Of a stretch of DNA of 64,000 bases, positions 38,430 through 51,047 are shown in pieces. A program made the translations under genes and the position numbers. The notes under the pieces were generated by a model. That model saw only the letters and a list, made by a program, of their open reading frames with translations, ran no database searches and was not told the DNA's origin. The DNA comes from Schmidtea polychroa. Its lineage: Eukaryota. The stretch lies in NCBI GenBank assembly GCA_044892525.1, contig CM097885.1, forward strand, positions 235,292,001-235,356,000. The letters run 5' to 3'. How positions within the stretch are numbered: position 1 is the first letter of the stretch; each line of letters begins with the position of its first letter.

Positions 38430-39863
38430 ATGATTAATATTGGTGATGCACGAAAACCTCGTTATTATGAAGGTGTAGTCCACCCTTTTTATAGGAAACA
38501 GAGCCCGACTAAAGCGGTCACACTATATTTACCATACTTGGATGTTTGGTCTGCTCCAGACAGCCGATATCATGTTAAAAGACGAGCGAACACTTTAAAA
38601 ATGTCAGATAATCCATTTATGAAAGGGGTCATTGAAGGTGTTGTTGGAATAAATCCGGATATTTTTAGTAAAATTGAGAAAGTGTTTGTTGAAGTAACCG
38701 GGCGTTATATTTATAATAAGTCTGTAATTGACAGGTACAACTTTAACATTAATAGAATCGCTTTTCGGGCTTATCGATGTGTATATCCTCCAAGGACAAC
38801 ACTAGATTCATATGAAACTTATACCGATGTACCAAACTTTTGGAAACCTATCCAAGAATTAATTAAAAAGATTAAAACAAATCATTTCCCTTTCTTTTTT
38901 GATTTAAATGACGGGCCAGATTCTTTGTGGATGCATGATTTCGAAAATCCATCGAGCTTCCAACCTCACAATGGAATTGTGTGGGAGTGTTATGCGTATA
39001 TTGCATTGCAACCGACACCAGATCCTAATCCGTATGATACTGCAAGATTGAGAATACGAAAATTAACATATATTCCTGAGGAATATCGTCCTCGAATTCC
39101 TATTCCAATGAAATATCAAGACCGACAATTTTCAACATGTACTTGCAAAACTGATAACGGTGTAATTACTGTTTGTGCGAGACTGGACAAATACACATAT
39201 TGCATTAATGAAGAAATAAAAGTTTATATCAAAATTCATAACTCGAGTCAAAGAGTAATTCAGAGAGTACGTGTAGCAGTAGAACAGATAACTAGTTACG
39301 ATACCTACGAAAATCATGAAATCGTAACTAAGGTGGATTCATATTTATTAAATGATGAGGTTAAAGATTTACCAATTCTACCTTACACAGAAGACTGGAA
39401 AGTGATGCTACGACTTTTGCCATCTGTAAAAAGATGTGAAAATAAAGAAACGTCTTTAGAACCTCCTGAAAGAAATTCTTCCCAATTACCTTTTGATTGT
39501 AACTTAGCATCAACTTCATTTCCTTTCACTGAAATGGAGAAGTTAATTGTTGGCGAGATGCTTGATGAGCCAGTGTGGATTAGGAGTTATAGTAATGATG
39601 AAGACGGCAAGACCTCATTTACCGAGCAATATAGAAGAGCAAGTGATGTACCAATAAATCCAATTGAAGGATTAATTACCCCCTTAACTGTTACATATAG
39701 AGTTACCGTGAAAACCGAATGTCCAACTCCGAAGTTATCGTGTGTTCGTTACGAAGCGCCTGAGTTATTCCTGGATTTTTATTTAATTAACTGTGAACCT
39801 TCTCTTTCTAAACCTATCCCTGTTGCTTGTAAAGAAATGGTAAATACTGAATGTATTGCGTAA
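38430..39863 (+). CDS. Divergent arrestin-family protein, intronless, 477 aa
   Basis: YRKQSPTKAVTLYL resembles the arrestin N-terminus (FKKxSPNGKxTVYL). Also IEGVV, KVFVEVTGRYIY, FPFFFDL...PDS, ARLRIRKLTYIP, LDKYTY...EEIKVYIKIHNSSQRVIQRVRVAVEQ, NLASTS and VTYRVTVK. Confidence 0.8.
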   Translation: MINIGDARKPRYYEGVVHPFYRKQSPTKAVTLYLPYLDVWSAPDSRYHVKRRANTLKMSDNPFMKGVIEGVVGINPDIFSKIEKVFVEVTGRYIYNKSVIDRYNFNINRIAFRAYRCVYPPRTTLDSYETYTDVPNFWKPIQELIKKIKTNHFPFFFDLNDGPDSLWMHDFENPSSFQPHNGIVWECYAYIALQPTPDPNPYDTARLRIRKLTYIPEEYRPRIPIPMKYQDRQFSTCTCKTDNGVITVCARLDKYTYCINEEIKVYIKIHNSSQRVIQRVRVAVEQITSYDTYENHEIVTKVDSYLLNDEVKDLPILPYTEDWKVMLRLLPSVKRCENKETSLEPPERNSSQLPFDCNLASTSFPFTEMEKLIVGEMLDEPVWIRSYSNDEDGKTSFTEQYRRASDVPINPIEGLITPLTVTYRVTVKTECPTPKLSCVRYEAPELFLDFYLINCEPSLSKPIPVACKEMVNTECIA

Positions 39864-40011
39864 ATTAAGATAGGCATTAATAATAAATATATTTGTTAAT
39901 AGGCAAATAAAAAATAAATATTTTGAACTAAATAAGCACAACATTTTAGATTACGGAAAACCTTTACAGATTAATTGAATTTTGTGTGTTCTATGGGGCA
40001 TTTTTTATTTC

Positions 40012-41334
40012 TGTTGGGTTACTGAGTTGGTGATAAATTTAAATGTTACTCTGACTCCAAACGTGTCTTTATATGATCTACAACTAACACTTGACAACAG
40101 AAATCTTTATTGATAATCACAAATAAACTTTCACTTTACACTGACAATCAATTCAACACTCTGATTGGTGACTATACAATGCTTGTTACAAAACTCAGTG
40201 AGGAATAGCACTTGCGTATAACACCGGATTAAAAGATCACAAGTTACTGATTGGTTTTTCAACTGGGACTTTGAGCTGGTTGTTTTCTCTGACCTACACA
40301 AATTTATTCAAGTACTCAAGTAACTTCTTTTCGTTTTAATTTTCACTAATTCTTTTCTTCAACTCTTCTCCAATAATTTTATCTCTCAAATTGTCTCAAT
40401 TTCGAGTCACTTTTTGTCTCAATTTGTCTTTCACGTTTCGTCTCAATTTCGTGTCACTCTTTGTCTCTAATTTTGTCTCTGATAGTTTCTCTTTATATAG
40501 CTTGCTTATATTGTGACACTCAAGATAATCAAGTGTTTTTCCACTTTCTTTATCATGCCTTCTCCGACTGTTCCATTTTTATCTCTGACGGCTGTCAACC
40601 TATTTTCCTTTTTCCCTTTTTTGTTTAACCGCCTTCACCCAGCAATTCTGTTATCACTGACAATCTGCACTTTTCAATACGAATGTAAATCTCACACAGG
40701 GATTAATCTTCCAACGGGAGATGTCCCTTTCTGACACGCTCGATTTTAAAATATTCAGTTGACACTAAGTTCAAAGTTTTCTTTGTTCACTCTCGCTAAA
40801 TTGTTCGTTTAATTTTCTTCGACCAACCGGACATTCTGATTACTTGCCGGTCACTTTTATACCCATCATGTAATTTGATTTTGCTGTGTTAAATTAGTTC
40901 GGATCCAATTTCCCCCGTGCTTCCTCTTGTCGCTTCCTGTCTCCTTTGACGGCTTGCCCCACTTTAATTTTAGTCGGCTAATTAAATTGCCTGTACTAAT
41001 TTGATTGACAATTCTGGTTCTCTCACATCGCTCGGCTTTTCCATTGTCTCGGGTTCTCCATTAGCTCAGATTTTCCATTAGCTCGGGTTCATTTTAATTA
41101 ACTTTAGTTTTTTGTAATTTATTACCTCTTTGAACTCCCTATTGATTTTATGTTATTATATTTGAACTCGGCTCATTGTTCGGCATCCGCTCATACCAGT
41201 TTTCCCCGGAAAATATTCATTTTAATTTTTTTGATTATTTAATTAATATTTTGTACTTTAAATTATTATTGTGAATTTGGTGTCCTTATTGAGTTTTCAC
41301 CTCATTTTTGTACCTCTCCTATTGAACCCCAACA
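40012..41334. mobile_element. Solo-LTR-like element, ~1.3 kb
   Basis: TGTTGGG...CCCAACA termini. The start (CTGACTCC...CGTGTC) and the CTCGGGTTCTCCATTAGCTC repeats resemble the 37123/44950 family. No clean TSD. Confidence 0.55.
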
Positions 41335-41511
41335 AATTGACTCACAAATTTAATAAATTTCATTTCTTGAAATTTATTTTAGCCAATTTTGAAGGTAAGA
41401 TGTTTAATCTTAAGTAAATTTTAAGACTTGAATTTTGATCCAAATAGATATGAGATCATTATCCAAGTTTTTAAATATTACTTTTAGTCAACATTTGTGT
41501 CATAAATTATA

Positions 41512-42174
41512 GGACTACTGAAAAAGAAGTCAGATCATCTTGAAGGGACATATTTCTCTCCTGCTTAAATGAAAGAAGTAAGAACGAAGTTGTCGCGGGC
41601 CGAACACTGCCGCGATAGTTTGATCGAGGAGAGCCGCTCGTTGCGATTTCTAGTCAAGAAGCAGTCGGAGGCCCTGCACAAGGTCAATGTGCAGGCGACC
41701 ATCACCAAGAAAATAGCTAATGTGCGGATAGCGGAGGAGGACAATGTCTTTCCACATTATCATTACTCAATGGACCCAATTCGACCAGCGAGTAAGGCTT
41801 GCACCAGTTGTGTGGATACTCTGCTACTACCCACAACGCCTGACGTCAACATCATAAGCACCAGTCAAGCGATTCAAAGGCCCGTCGTCTTACCGGAATC
41901 GGTCACTCTCCCGATACCGCAGAAAACTTCTAAGCGTCAACAACCAACACGGGCCGAACGAACAAAAAGACGGAAGCTACTCCAAGCCGAGCGAGAGGCA
42001 AAACTGGTCGCCGAAGTCATGCAGATGTCTCGAGCGGTGCCAGCTGAAACAGTAGCTCTATCACAGCCTCCATTTCGTGTAGTCCCGTCATCCAGCACTA
42101 CATGGGAAGAAGGTGCGAGAGATTTATTCGATCTCAACATGATTTTCGCCGAAGTTTCCCCGTCGACTTTGTAA
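41512..42174 (+). pseudogene. Unknown repeat-associated protein family, copy 1 (201-aa ORF from 41569; homology extends upstream through an in-frame TAA)
   Basis: GLLKKKSDHLEGTYFSPA*MKEVRTKLSRAEHCRDSLIEESR aligns with GALRKRIDLYEGTWFSPPQMKEERKNILRLEHCRDSLLEESR of the 45985-46743 ORF. Confidence 0.7.
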
Positions 42175-42477
42175 CATTATGTGTAAAAATCTTGATGTTG
42201 TTATCAAATGAGCAGACCAGCTGTCATCAAATCATTTTGTTTGATTCTCTGATATTAGTAATTCATGTAGATATACCCCAGTATACTGTGAAAATCGGTG
42301 TTATAATGGTATTTTCTTTAAATAAATGTTGGATCACGTAATAATGGTAGTTCTGTTATCTTTTTCCGAAGTTTTCTTCTGTTGTATTGTTAAAATGGGT
42401 GAAATTGTGGTGATGAATGAGAAATGGATAACGAAGTCGCATAATTTTGATCGATACCTCAAAAAATGGAAAAGACA

Positions 42478-42625
42478 TAAGCCCTTCTATCGGCCGTTGG
42501 GAAATGGAGAAGTCGAGGTAGGGTGAAGGAGTAGTCCTAAGGCAGGGGCTCACCTGATTCATCTTACCTCGCCATCATGACACAGTACCAACATGATGTA
42601 AATCATGGGTGTCATGATGAGAAAG
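42478..42625 (+). ncRNA. Candidate conserved structured RNA element downstream of copy 1 (homologs at 45549-45690 and 51915-52055, minus strand)
   Basis: Conserved AGTAGTCCTAAnnnAGGG(G/C)CTCACCT block plus a covarying two-stem hairpin with an AG(T/A)ACCAA internal loop. Confidence 0.5.
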
Positions 42626-42799
42626 TAATCGTGTGGGTTTTTGATTAGTGGTCAGCATAATATGGTGTAAGGTTACTTCTTTTTTGGACTATCATCCCCT
42701 GGTAACGCGCAAACTCGTGTTGACCAAGTCGACTACCCAACAGTTTTATGAATATTTATGTAAATAATAATGAAACTTCGAAAATAAAATAATAAGAAC

Positions 42800-42805
42800 T
42801 TTGCA

Positions 42806-42857
<52 letters not shown>

Positions 42858-44075
42858 TTAATAATAATAACATCTACCGCGCGTACGTTAATAACTTTAA
42901 ATCTAGTATAGATATCTATATCTCATTAAAGAGGTCTTGCACTGGGTTTTAAAATAACCCATTCTTCAATAAAATCGGTTGATATGAACAATAACTTTTG
43001 GTTTGCCAAAACAAGTAGGTCACCGCTGGACATAATTTTTTTAAATATTTTACTATGAGTCATTGTCTTTGTTCTAGAGGAGACCTGTTTATGAGTCATC
43101 GGGTGGGTCATGGTCTTTGTTCTTAAAAAGGATGAGTCATTGTCTTTGTTCTAAAGATAGACGATGAGTCATAGCGGTTAGTCATTGTCTGTATTCTAAA
43201 AATAGATTATGAGTCATCGGATCATTCACTGTCTTTGTTCTAAAAGTATGAGTCACGATAAGTACCTTTGTATTACCTTTGATATATATTATAAACTTTT
43301 AAAAATTTAAACCTTGGATCCTTCAAATTTGAGGGTATGACCACAATATTAACCTTTGTATTACCTTTTGTTTAATATGTATATTATAAGGTTTTAAAAA
43401 TGTAACCTTGGACCCTTGGATTTTTCGAGGGTATGACTTTCAAGGGTATGACCATTATACTCACCTTTGAATTACCTTATGTTTGATATGTATATATCTA
43501 TATTTATATATCTATATTTATATATCTATGTATATATCTATATATTATAAGGTTTAAAGGTTTTGAACCCCTTGAAAGCTTTTATAGATTTGAAGGTTCA
43601 GGATCATTCATCAACCTTTGAAAGTACGACGATGATAAAGTATGACATTCGAAATCACCATCAAAAGTATATATATATATAATATTGTTTGAAAAATATT
43701 TAATTTCGGGCACTCTTTGAAGGTTATTGACCCACTATAAACCTTCGAGGGTATGACCATCATAGTCACCTCTCAAATACCTTTCGAATGATGTATATAA
43801 TAAAGTTTGAAATAATTCGAATGTTTTTGACCCGTTGAAGGTCGAGGACCTACCATACACCTTCGAGGGTATGAATATTGGATAGACCTTTTCAAGATCT
43901 TTTGAATGATACCCTTGGTTGAAGGTTTGACCTTTCGAAATTCAAATTTGTAATTTAAATTTGAAATGAGTCATCGATGAGTCATAGCGATGAGTCATAT
44001 AATCTTTAGGAGTCATCGTCTATGTTTAAATGTCTTTGTTGAAATAAAATTTCATTGTCAAAACCAGGTATCCCC
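42800..44075 (+). mobile_element. Fragment of a third foldback-family element (diverged homolog of the element 1 right arm) plus ~115-bp TTCGAGGGTATGACC repeats
   Basis: 42870-43070 aligns by eye with 12840-13060 (GCACTGGG..TTAAAAT, TCAATAAAATC, AGGTCACCGCT, ATGAGTCAT). TTCATTGTCAAAACCA at 44051 also occurs at 9754 and 27851. Confidence 0.65.
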
Positions 44076-45443
44076 TTATAATGTCTTTGTTTAACGATGA
44101 ATAATGGAGCACAATTCTATCTACTATTATAGAAAAGTATCTCAGCGGTGCATTTCTATATATCGAAAGTGTGCATGTGTTTTTTAGTATGTGTAGTGTT
44201 TGTGTTCAGTATTTAATTTTTCTTCCACTTTTTAGATTACACCTAAATCCGAAATATAAAAGTTTCTATAATCTAAAAAAAATCGATAAAATTATAATAT
44301 AGGAACACACAAACTTAGCTGTGTGCAAAAATTTAATGTTCCGAAAGTTAAAAGTTTTATTATAGGAATTGAGAAAGTGACAGAAAAATAATTTTACATA
44401 CAAAAAATAGACACTTAATATAAAATACACTCAAATTTATTATTCCGAAAGTTAAAAGTAATTAACATATTGTTAACATATCATTATTTTTAATATATTA
44501 AAAATTCATGGGGAAAAAATTTTTAGATTCTGAATCGAATAACTCTACTTTGACTTTTCGAAAAAAGGACGACGAAACATCGTAAGATCTATTTATAAAA
44601 TTAATGAGGTCTGTAAATTAAAATAAATTTAAATGAAATTTAGGTTAATAAGTGAAGAGAAAAACAAATAAAAGCGTGATCATGCACAGAATTGATAATA
44701 AAGGAAAGTGTGATGGAAGCAGTATTAGAAAATGCCAAAAGCAATTACGAAAGGCAAGAACCCAAAAATCCGAGAAAAATCAATAAATTGTAAAACCATC
44801 GAAATCGAATTGGGAAAACGGGATAGGCATAGATTAGCTAATGGTCAACAAGATGATGATTAGGGATTCATCAGAAAATGGTTAGGAAGGGTCGAATAGC
44901 ATCCAAATGTGTAAAAACAGAAAACATTAATTAATTAATTAATTGGCTAATAGAAAACCCGAGCTAATGGCAATCTCGAGCCAATAGAGAACCCGAGATA
45001 TGAAGGAAACCCGAGTTGGGTAAACAAGAAGAAAAGTAAACAGAAGGAAGATTTGGGCCCATTAGCTTGACACAATGATTAAGTGGAAAAGAGCAAGGAG
45101 AAGATAGTGCGTGTAGAAAGGCCGGGCGGGCCATTAATTATCTTTGTAAGTTGGACCATTATGGGTGACAGCCGAAGCAGATACGTGGAAGCAAATGTCA
45201 AGTGAAAGATTGGCTCGGCAATAACCATTTGTCATCCCGATTTCGAAGAGTATATAAGGAAAGGGAAAATCAGAGCAAATCGGCATTTTGCCTCAGCTAG
45301 GGTTAGAAGAAATTGAGCTTAGGAAAAAGGCAAAAACGAATTTATGAGATTGGGGAAAAAGAAGAGATAGAATAAGAATAAAAAGAGTGTAAAAGGATCA
45401 AATTAAAAAAAACAAAAGGAAAACGTGGGTCAAGAGAACCTAA

Positions 45444-48400
45444 TGTTGGTGTATGAAGGGGAGAAGAAAATTTTCTTAGACAGACATACGATCTCATGCA
45501 TTAGCCTCAGACTCATCCCAACATACATCACATGACTTCGTTAATATTCCCTCATGCGAGCCCGTGGCGATGTTTCCACGTTGGTTCTGCCCACACGGGT
45601 TGGAGTTGGTTAATAGGTGAGCCCCTACCTTAGGACTACTACTAACCCCCTCGCGGTACAGGTTCTAAGGTGCCTTGGAAGGACTTACCCTCAATCTCAT
45701 ACACCCTCGGGTCGACCCTGGTCCAAATGGATGACCTTCATACAATGCCAAACATTTAGTTCATCAATCGAATCGGGTGCTTCACTCATCGTTCGCGTAA
45801 AATAACTCATTAAACATCGAATAATTATATTAAGTTTACGACACACGTTATTTACAAAATAATAAAGGTTTCACTAAAATCCAATACACAATCACTAAAG
45901 ATAAAGGAGAAGTTGTCATATTCTAGAGAAGTGGTTGCGGATACATCCGACAAAATAGATCAACACTGTCGTCACCTTGCGGTGTTAAAAGACTTCTCCG
46001 TCGGCGAACACTTCGTCGATGTCCACTGGCAGACGACGGTCCGCGAGGTACTTGATGCCATCGGCCGGTATGATTCGAAATATTTCCTTGGCCGGAATCA
46101 CATGGGAACTTGAAATCTCTTTGAGGGTGGACTGGGCCACTGATAATGAAGCTTCCAGAGCTGCCATCGCATCTCTACGCTTTTGATTCTTGGCGGCCCT
46201 GGTTGGCCGTTTCCTTTTGCGAGAAGGTATCGGATTATTTGCGATGGATACCGCAGAAGGTGCCACCAGGACTGGAGCCAAGATAGGGTCGGAAGAGCCT
46301 CCTACTAAGGGTTGTTGATCGGATAATACCGGAGCTGGGATGGGCGGCAGATAGGAGCCATGCCCTTGACAGTTTGATGCAGATGCTTGAGACGTCTGGT
46401 GGTGTAGTGGAAAGACATTAGTACTGTCAATAACGGGAAATTCCCGAACTCGTTTGGCCAATTCTGCCTCCGTGTAGACCTTGTGGAGGGCTTCGGATTG
46501 CGCTTTAATTGTCAGCCGTTGACAGCGGCTCTCCTCCAGCAGGCTGTCCCTGCAATGTTCCAACCGGAGGATATTCTTTCGTTCCTCTTTCATCTGTGGC
46601 GGGGAGAACCACGTGCCTTCGTAGAGGTCAATACGCTTCCTCAGAGCCCCGATATGTTGATGTAATTGGGCGATATCCGCGTTCTTGTCAGCGCAAGAAA
46701 AACACGGGCGAAGCTCCTTGTTGGTGTTGGACGATGTAGACATCTAAAGGTTGAATAATTTTCATGTTCCACCGTAATATTCGTTTTTGTGACATTTACA
46801 ATGGGAAGATGGGCTTTGAACTTTTATCAATCATCCTACTCGGTGATGCCCCGAAATTGTTACTATTCATCTGTGCTCACATTCATTTAATCGTCAACAT
46901 TCAGTTTAATTCACCCAACCCAGGCAACATTGAAGAAAAGAAAACGGGGAATTCTCAAAAATTTACTTTCGGATTGGAAAATTCCAATCTATTATATGTT
47001 TATACATTTAGTACGGTCAATCCTATCCCCTTATTATTTGTCGTAATTTTGATAATAAAAATCTCGTTACTAGGTTTCGTGAATGTATGCGTATATAATA
47101 CTTATACAATTATAAATTCGTATCGCCGGCGTCTACCCGTGTCATATTAATTCCGATTAACGTTGTAAAAAGACTGAAAATATTTTAACTAAAATCCTGT
47201 TCTATATTATATTTAATTATTTTAAATATTTCACTGTAAGTGTTGTCAAGGTGACGCCGACTCGCATGTAGTTATGTAATATCCTTATTTTCTATGCATG
47301 CTGACATTCGTCATTATATCTGTTGAGGTGCATCTGTTATTTAAATTGTCATCAGCCTGTGCCGGTGGAACATCTAATAATTCGGTTGTTTTAAGATTGA
47401 GAAATCAAATTCCTTGCTTCTACATGCAATCTCGTTAATTCTGAGAAATTTCAGGCGGTTACGTCATCGTACTATCAGTTGAGGTGTATGTGCGTCGTTG
47501 TGCAGGAGGACGAATGGATATGACGTGATGTTTAGACGTTTTCGGTAGCTTAGCTTCAATCGACGTCACCGAAAATTTGCTGCCCCAACTGCAGATCAAT
47601 TTATATGTTGTCTGGTGGAAATTTATCTAGTACGCATACATGCAGTTATACTCTCAAGTCAAAACATTTGGAATCCCTGTAGGCTTCTCCAGAAAATCAG
47701 TAATATTAGACGAAACATGGAGAGAAAATTTATCGCAATGAGGACGGAGATTAATTATACGTTTATTGAATACTACAATCAGATTTTCTCCTAGGGTATT
47801 AGTTCTAGATAACACCTGCCAATTCATTCGCTCAGCGACGTCTACCAGAAACCGATACTCAAGATCTCTTATCAAACTACTAACGATTATTCCCTACGCC
47901 TGACTCTAAACTGGCTGAGATTGACCGACGATTTCGCGATATCTCCGACGACTGTTCCCTTTAGACTCATGGTAAGTGTTTTGATAATTTATCACGAAAT
48001 GTTGACTTTATTGACAGACAGAACGATTTTTTCTGATAACGGCGGATCAAGAGCGACAATTTATCCTAAAAGTGCATCGGTGATGGATCTGACTGCTAAT
48101 GCCCTGGTGATACAAATCCTGGAAATCTTCAATTCTTATGACAATTAATACGAGGCTTGTTGGAATTTTTACGAAAAATGCAGATCTCTATTATCGGATG
48201 TTTAAACACCTGCTGTTCCGAAACGTAAACAATGGTCCATTCCAAATCTAAGCTCAATAAGATGCAATTGGATATATGGCAGAATGATTTCGAATTGGAA
48301 ATTTTTCCTGGAATCCCCTATGGGTTCATTATTGGCATTAAATTTTGTGACTGCGAATTTTCGATGGATAGGATCTCTACGACGACAATTATAACTGATC

Positions 48401-49598
48401 TCACTCGATGAAGAATTTCTCTCAACGCATCTATACCTCTCGCTAGATGTCCTCACCCCTCCTGACCCACCTAAGAGCGGCAATCATCGCTGCCACCGCC
48501 AGGAGGGACGATTCTATCTCCTCAATCATTGCAAACTTGTAGTCATAAAAATTTATTATAAAGTTGACCGATGTGATTAAATAAATTGATACGTTCGTTA
48601 TAAAATTGTTTATTATAGAAAGTTACTTGCCTGGCGACCACGCCGTCTGAGTCTCAGATATGATGCCGTTTCATAATAATCGCAAGCGCTTAACCATTTC
48701 AATTTGTCGCGATACCGACTTTATCCAGATTCTCAATATCATTTCGAATAGCCATTCTCGTAACTTCTTCAGATTTAATTAAATTCTTCGCATCATATTG
48801 GATTCTCAGACGGCATCGTCGCCAGCACCATAGAGAGAGAAAATACTTTTGAAAATGCAAATAAGTTTATTAAAAATTAAAATATTTCAACCATTATACG
48901 TATATATGACAATCAAAAAATGCATTCATCTTACTGTGAATCAGTTGAAAATCGGGTTCTAGTTTCCTGTAATTGGTGTTTTCTCCTTAAGTAATTCGAT
49001 TTCCTGTCGTGAATAATCTGCTGTTAAATGTCGATCCTGTGTAAGTAGTGTCCTGTTATATTCGGCGCTTGATATAATTTAGAATTGAGTGTCTGCAAAA
49101 GTGGTTCCTGTAGAGCAACGATTAAAAGTGGTGGATAAATAAAGAAAATTTTTTACCTGTAGAGCAACGATTAAAAGTGGTACTCTACAGATTTTTCTCT
49201 TTCGTTATATATTATTCTTCGTCCAATCAGGACTCGACTTGTGTGTAATCTTATTATTTATTATTGTTTTTATGTTTTTTAATGTATTATACTAGATTTT
49301 TATGACTTCTTTTATTTTTATTATTGTTTTATTTATTTTCTTATTTTTTCTTATTTTTCTCCTGTTTTTTCCTGTGAATTCATGGTTATTTGGTGATAGT
49401 ATAATTTTTTGTTTTAATTATTCCAAGTGTTTATTTGAAAATGGCTTTATTTCTATTTATTTCTTGATTTCTTATTTCTTTTATTGTTTTTCCCAATTTA
49501 GTAATTCTTATAGTTTTTCCGCGATTTCTATGAAATTTATTTTTCCTGTTTATTTATCCTTAACCCGATTTTCAACATTCTCAAGATTTAGCCCAACA
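45444..49598 (-). mobile_element. 4,155-bp TG...CA element with 4-bp TSD (giant solo-LTR-like) carrying the unknown ORF
   Basis: TGTTGG (45444) ... CCAACA (49598). CTAA duplicated at 45440-45443 and 49599-49602. The uninterrupted site is seen at ~37325-37335. Confidence 0.85.
45985..46743 (-). CDS. Unknown protein, 252 aa (CxxC, coiled-coil-like N-terminal half, Pro-rich linker, basic RKRKRPTRA motif, acidic-hydrophobic tail); copy 2, apparently intact
   Basis: Open, GC-elevated ORF, homologous to 41569-42174 and 52333-52668. Its ATG is directly preceded by a TTTAG acceptor-like site. Confidence 0.75.
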   Translation of the reverse strand: MSTSSNTNKELRPCFSCADKNADIAQLHQHIGALRKRIDLYEGTWFSPPQMKEERKNILRLEHCRDSLLEESRCQRLTIKAQSEALHKVYTEAELAKRVREFPVIDSTNVFPLHHQTSQASASNCQGHGSYLPPIPAPVLSDQQPLVGGSSDPILAPVLVAPSAVSIANNPIPSRKRKRPTRAAKNQKRRDAMAALEASLSVAQSTLKEISSSHVIPAKEIFRIIPADGIKYLADRRLPVDIDEVFADGEVF

Positions 49599-50083
49599 CT
49601 AAGGAAATAAAAGGTGAATATTATCTTTATCAAAGTATCGACACCGAGCGGAGAATCGGTCAAACGTAACTTTGATTATTGATTGTAAAGTTTTGAGAGA
49701 AGATTGTGAATTTTTTTATTTCAATATACGTTGGGTCGTTATTGTTTTGATTTAAAGGACACGAGGAGTCAGAGGTAACCGACTTAAATTAACTAAAAAC
49801 CTAACAAAATATTTTTGAAGTTAATATTTCTTTAGATTTTCAGATATTTCTTTGGAAACACTTCCTTTTTACGAAGGTGAAGATCTGACAATGTAAGAAT
49901 TTTTTTATTTAATTACAAATAATTAAAATATTTTACAGCATATCAAATATTTCTTGTCCAACTCCTTTGTGTGAAGGTAGCATTTATAATATTCGACAAT
50001 TTCCATCGACATCTTTGGATTTGCAAAAAAAATTCGAAAATCGTAAATTTTAATAATTTATTTTTAAAAAATAATATTTTCAT

Positions 50084-51047
50084 AGAATTTCAGAAAGTGA
50101 CAAAATTCGTCGTATCAATGCTTTTGAAAATGGGGAAAATTATAAAGATTTTGGAAGATTACTCGGAATCTCCAAAATATCGATTGGAACAATAATTTAT
50201 AGATATAAAATATAAGGGGAAGTTTGCAAAGGCAAAAAAAGTGGTAGAAAAAAAATCATATCAGAGGAACAGGGAAATAATTTATTGGATTTCGTGGAAT
50301 CCAATTTTTATGCATCTTTAGAAGAAATGCGTATTTTCCTGTTGCAACAAAATTGCATGGCCTCTAAAACTACTATTTTCCGTTTTCTGAAAAATCAATT
50401 AATATCTGTGAAAAAAGTAAGATCATGTGTCGCCGAACAAAATTCTGATTGTGTACTTGAAATCCGAATGAACTATGTTACACGATATCTCGAAGAAGTT
50501 AGGCGAGACAAAAATCTCATTTACATTGATGAGTGTGGTTTCAATACCTGAACAATCCAAACATTCGGAAGAAAGGAAAAAGGAGAAAGATTATACTCCA
50601 CAGTTTCAAATAACCGTGGACAAAACATGTCATTTCTCTTGACAATAGGTGTCAAAGGTGCAATTCATGACCAATTAATTGTAGGGTCCTACAAAAGGAT
50701 ACCTACCAACATCTCAATAATGAATTAAGTACAAAATTGAATGGGACCGGATACCGTCTCATTCAAGACAATGCTTCAATTCATGGTGGAGCATTATCTC
50801 CAAATAATTATATCGAAAACCTGCCACCGTATAGTACATTCCTCAATCCAATAGAAAGTGTGTTTAGCAAAATTAAAGGCAGCATAAAGAAATATCAAGG
50901 ACAAATGGGTTTAGCCCTATGTCCTATCCAAGCAGATTTGACATCGTCAAAGAGGCTATTGAAAATGAGCTGGAGAAAGATTACAAAAACTTAAAAAACT
51001 ATTTTATCCATATACACCGCTTCTTTCCTAAATGTCTTAAAAAATAA
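50084..51047 (+). pseudogene. Tc1/mariner-IS630 superfamily transposase, disrupted
   Basis: HTH-like N-terminus (FGRLLGISKISIGTII), then LIYIDECGFN, IQDNASIH and LPPYSTFLNPIESVFSKIK. In-frame stops (~50212, 50549) and frameshifts. Confidence 0.88.

Larger units (their letters stand above)
44710..49806. mobile_element. LTR-like repeat (inverted copy of the 37123 family) interrupted by the 45444-49598 element; left boundary approximate
   Basis: Reverse-complement matches to 36880-37720 on both sides of the insertion. Ends CCTAACA at 49806. TATATAAG at ~45251. Confidence 0.7.

Noticed and set aside
41566..41568. In-frame TAA aligned to Gln in the paralog, suggesting a TAA=Gln genetic code
   Set aside because: HERC1 and COPS4 end in TAA at the expected C-termini; a single CAA>TAA nonsense change explains it.
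42573..42619. 3' hairpin as a SECIS element
   Set aside because: It lacks the AUGA/GA quartet with an 11-13 bp upper helix, and the intact ORF has no in-frame TGA.
47100..48850. Short ORFs inside the 4.15-kb element (47654, 47921, 48202)
   Set aside because: No recognisable motifs and no paralogous support in the window.
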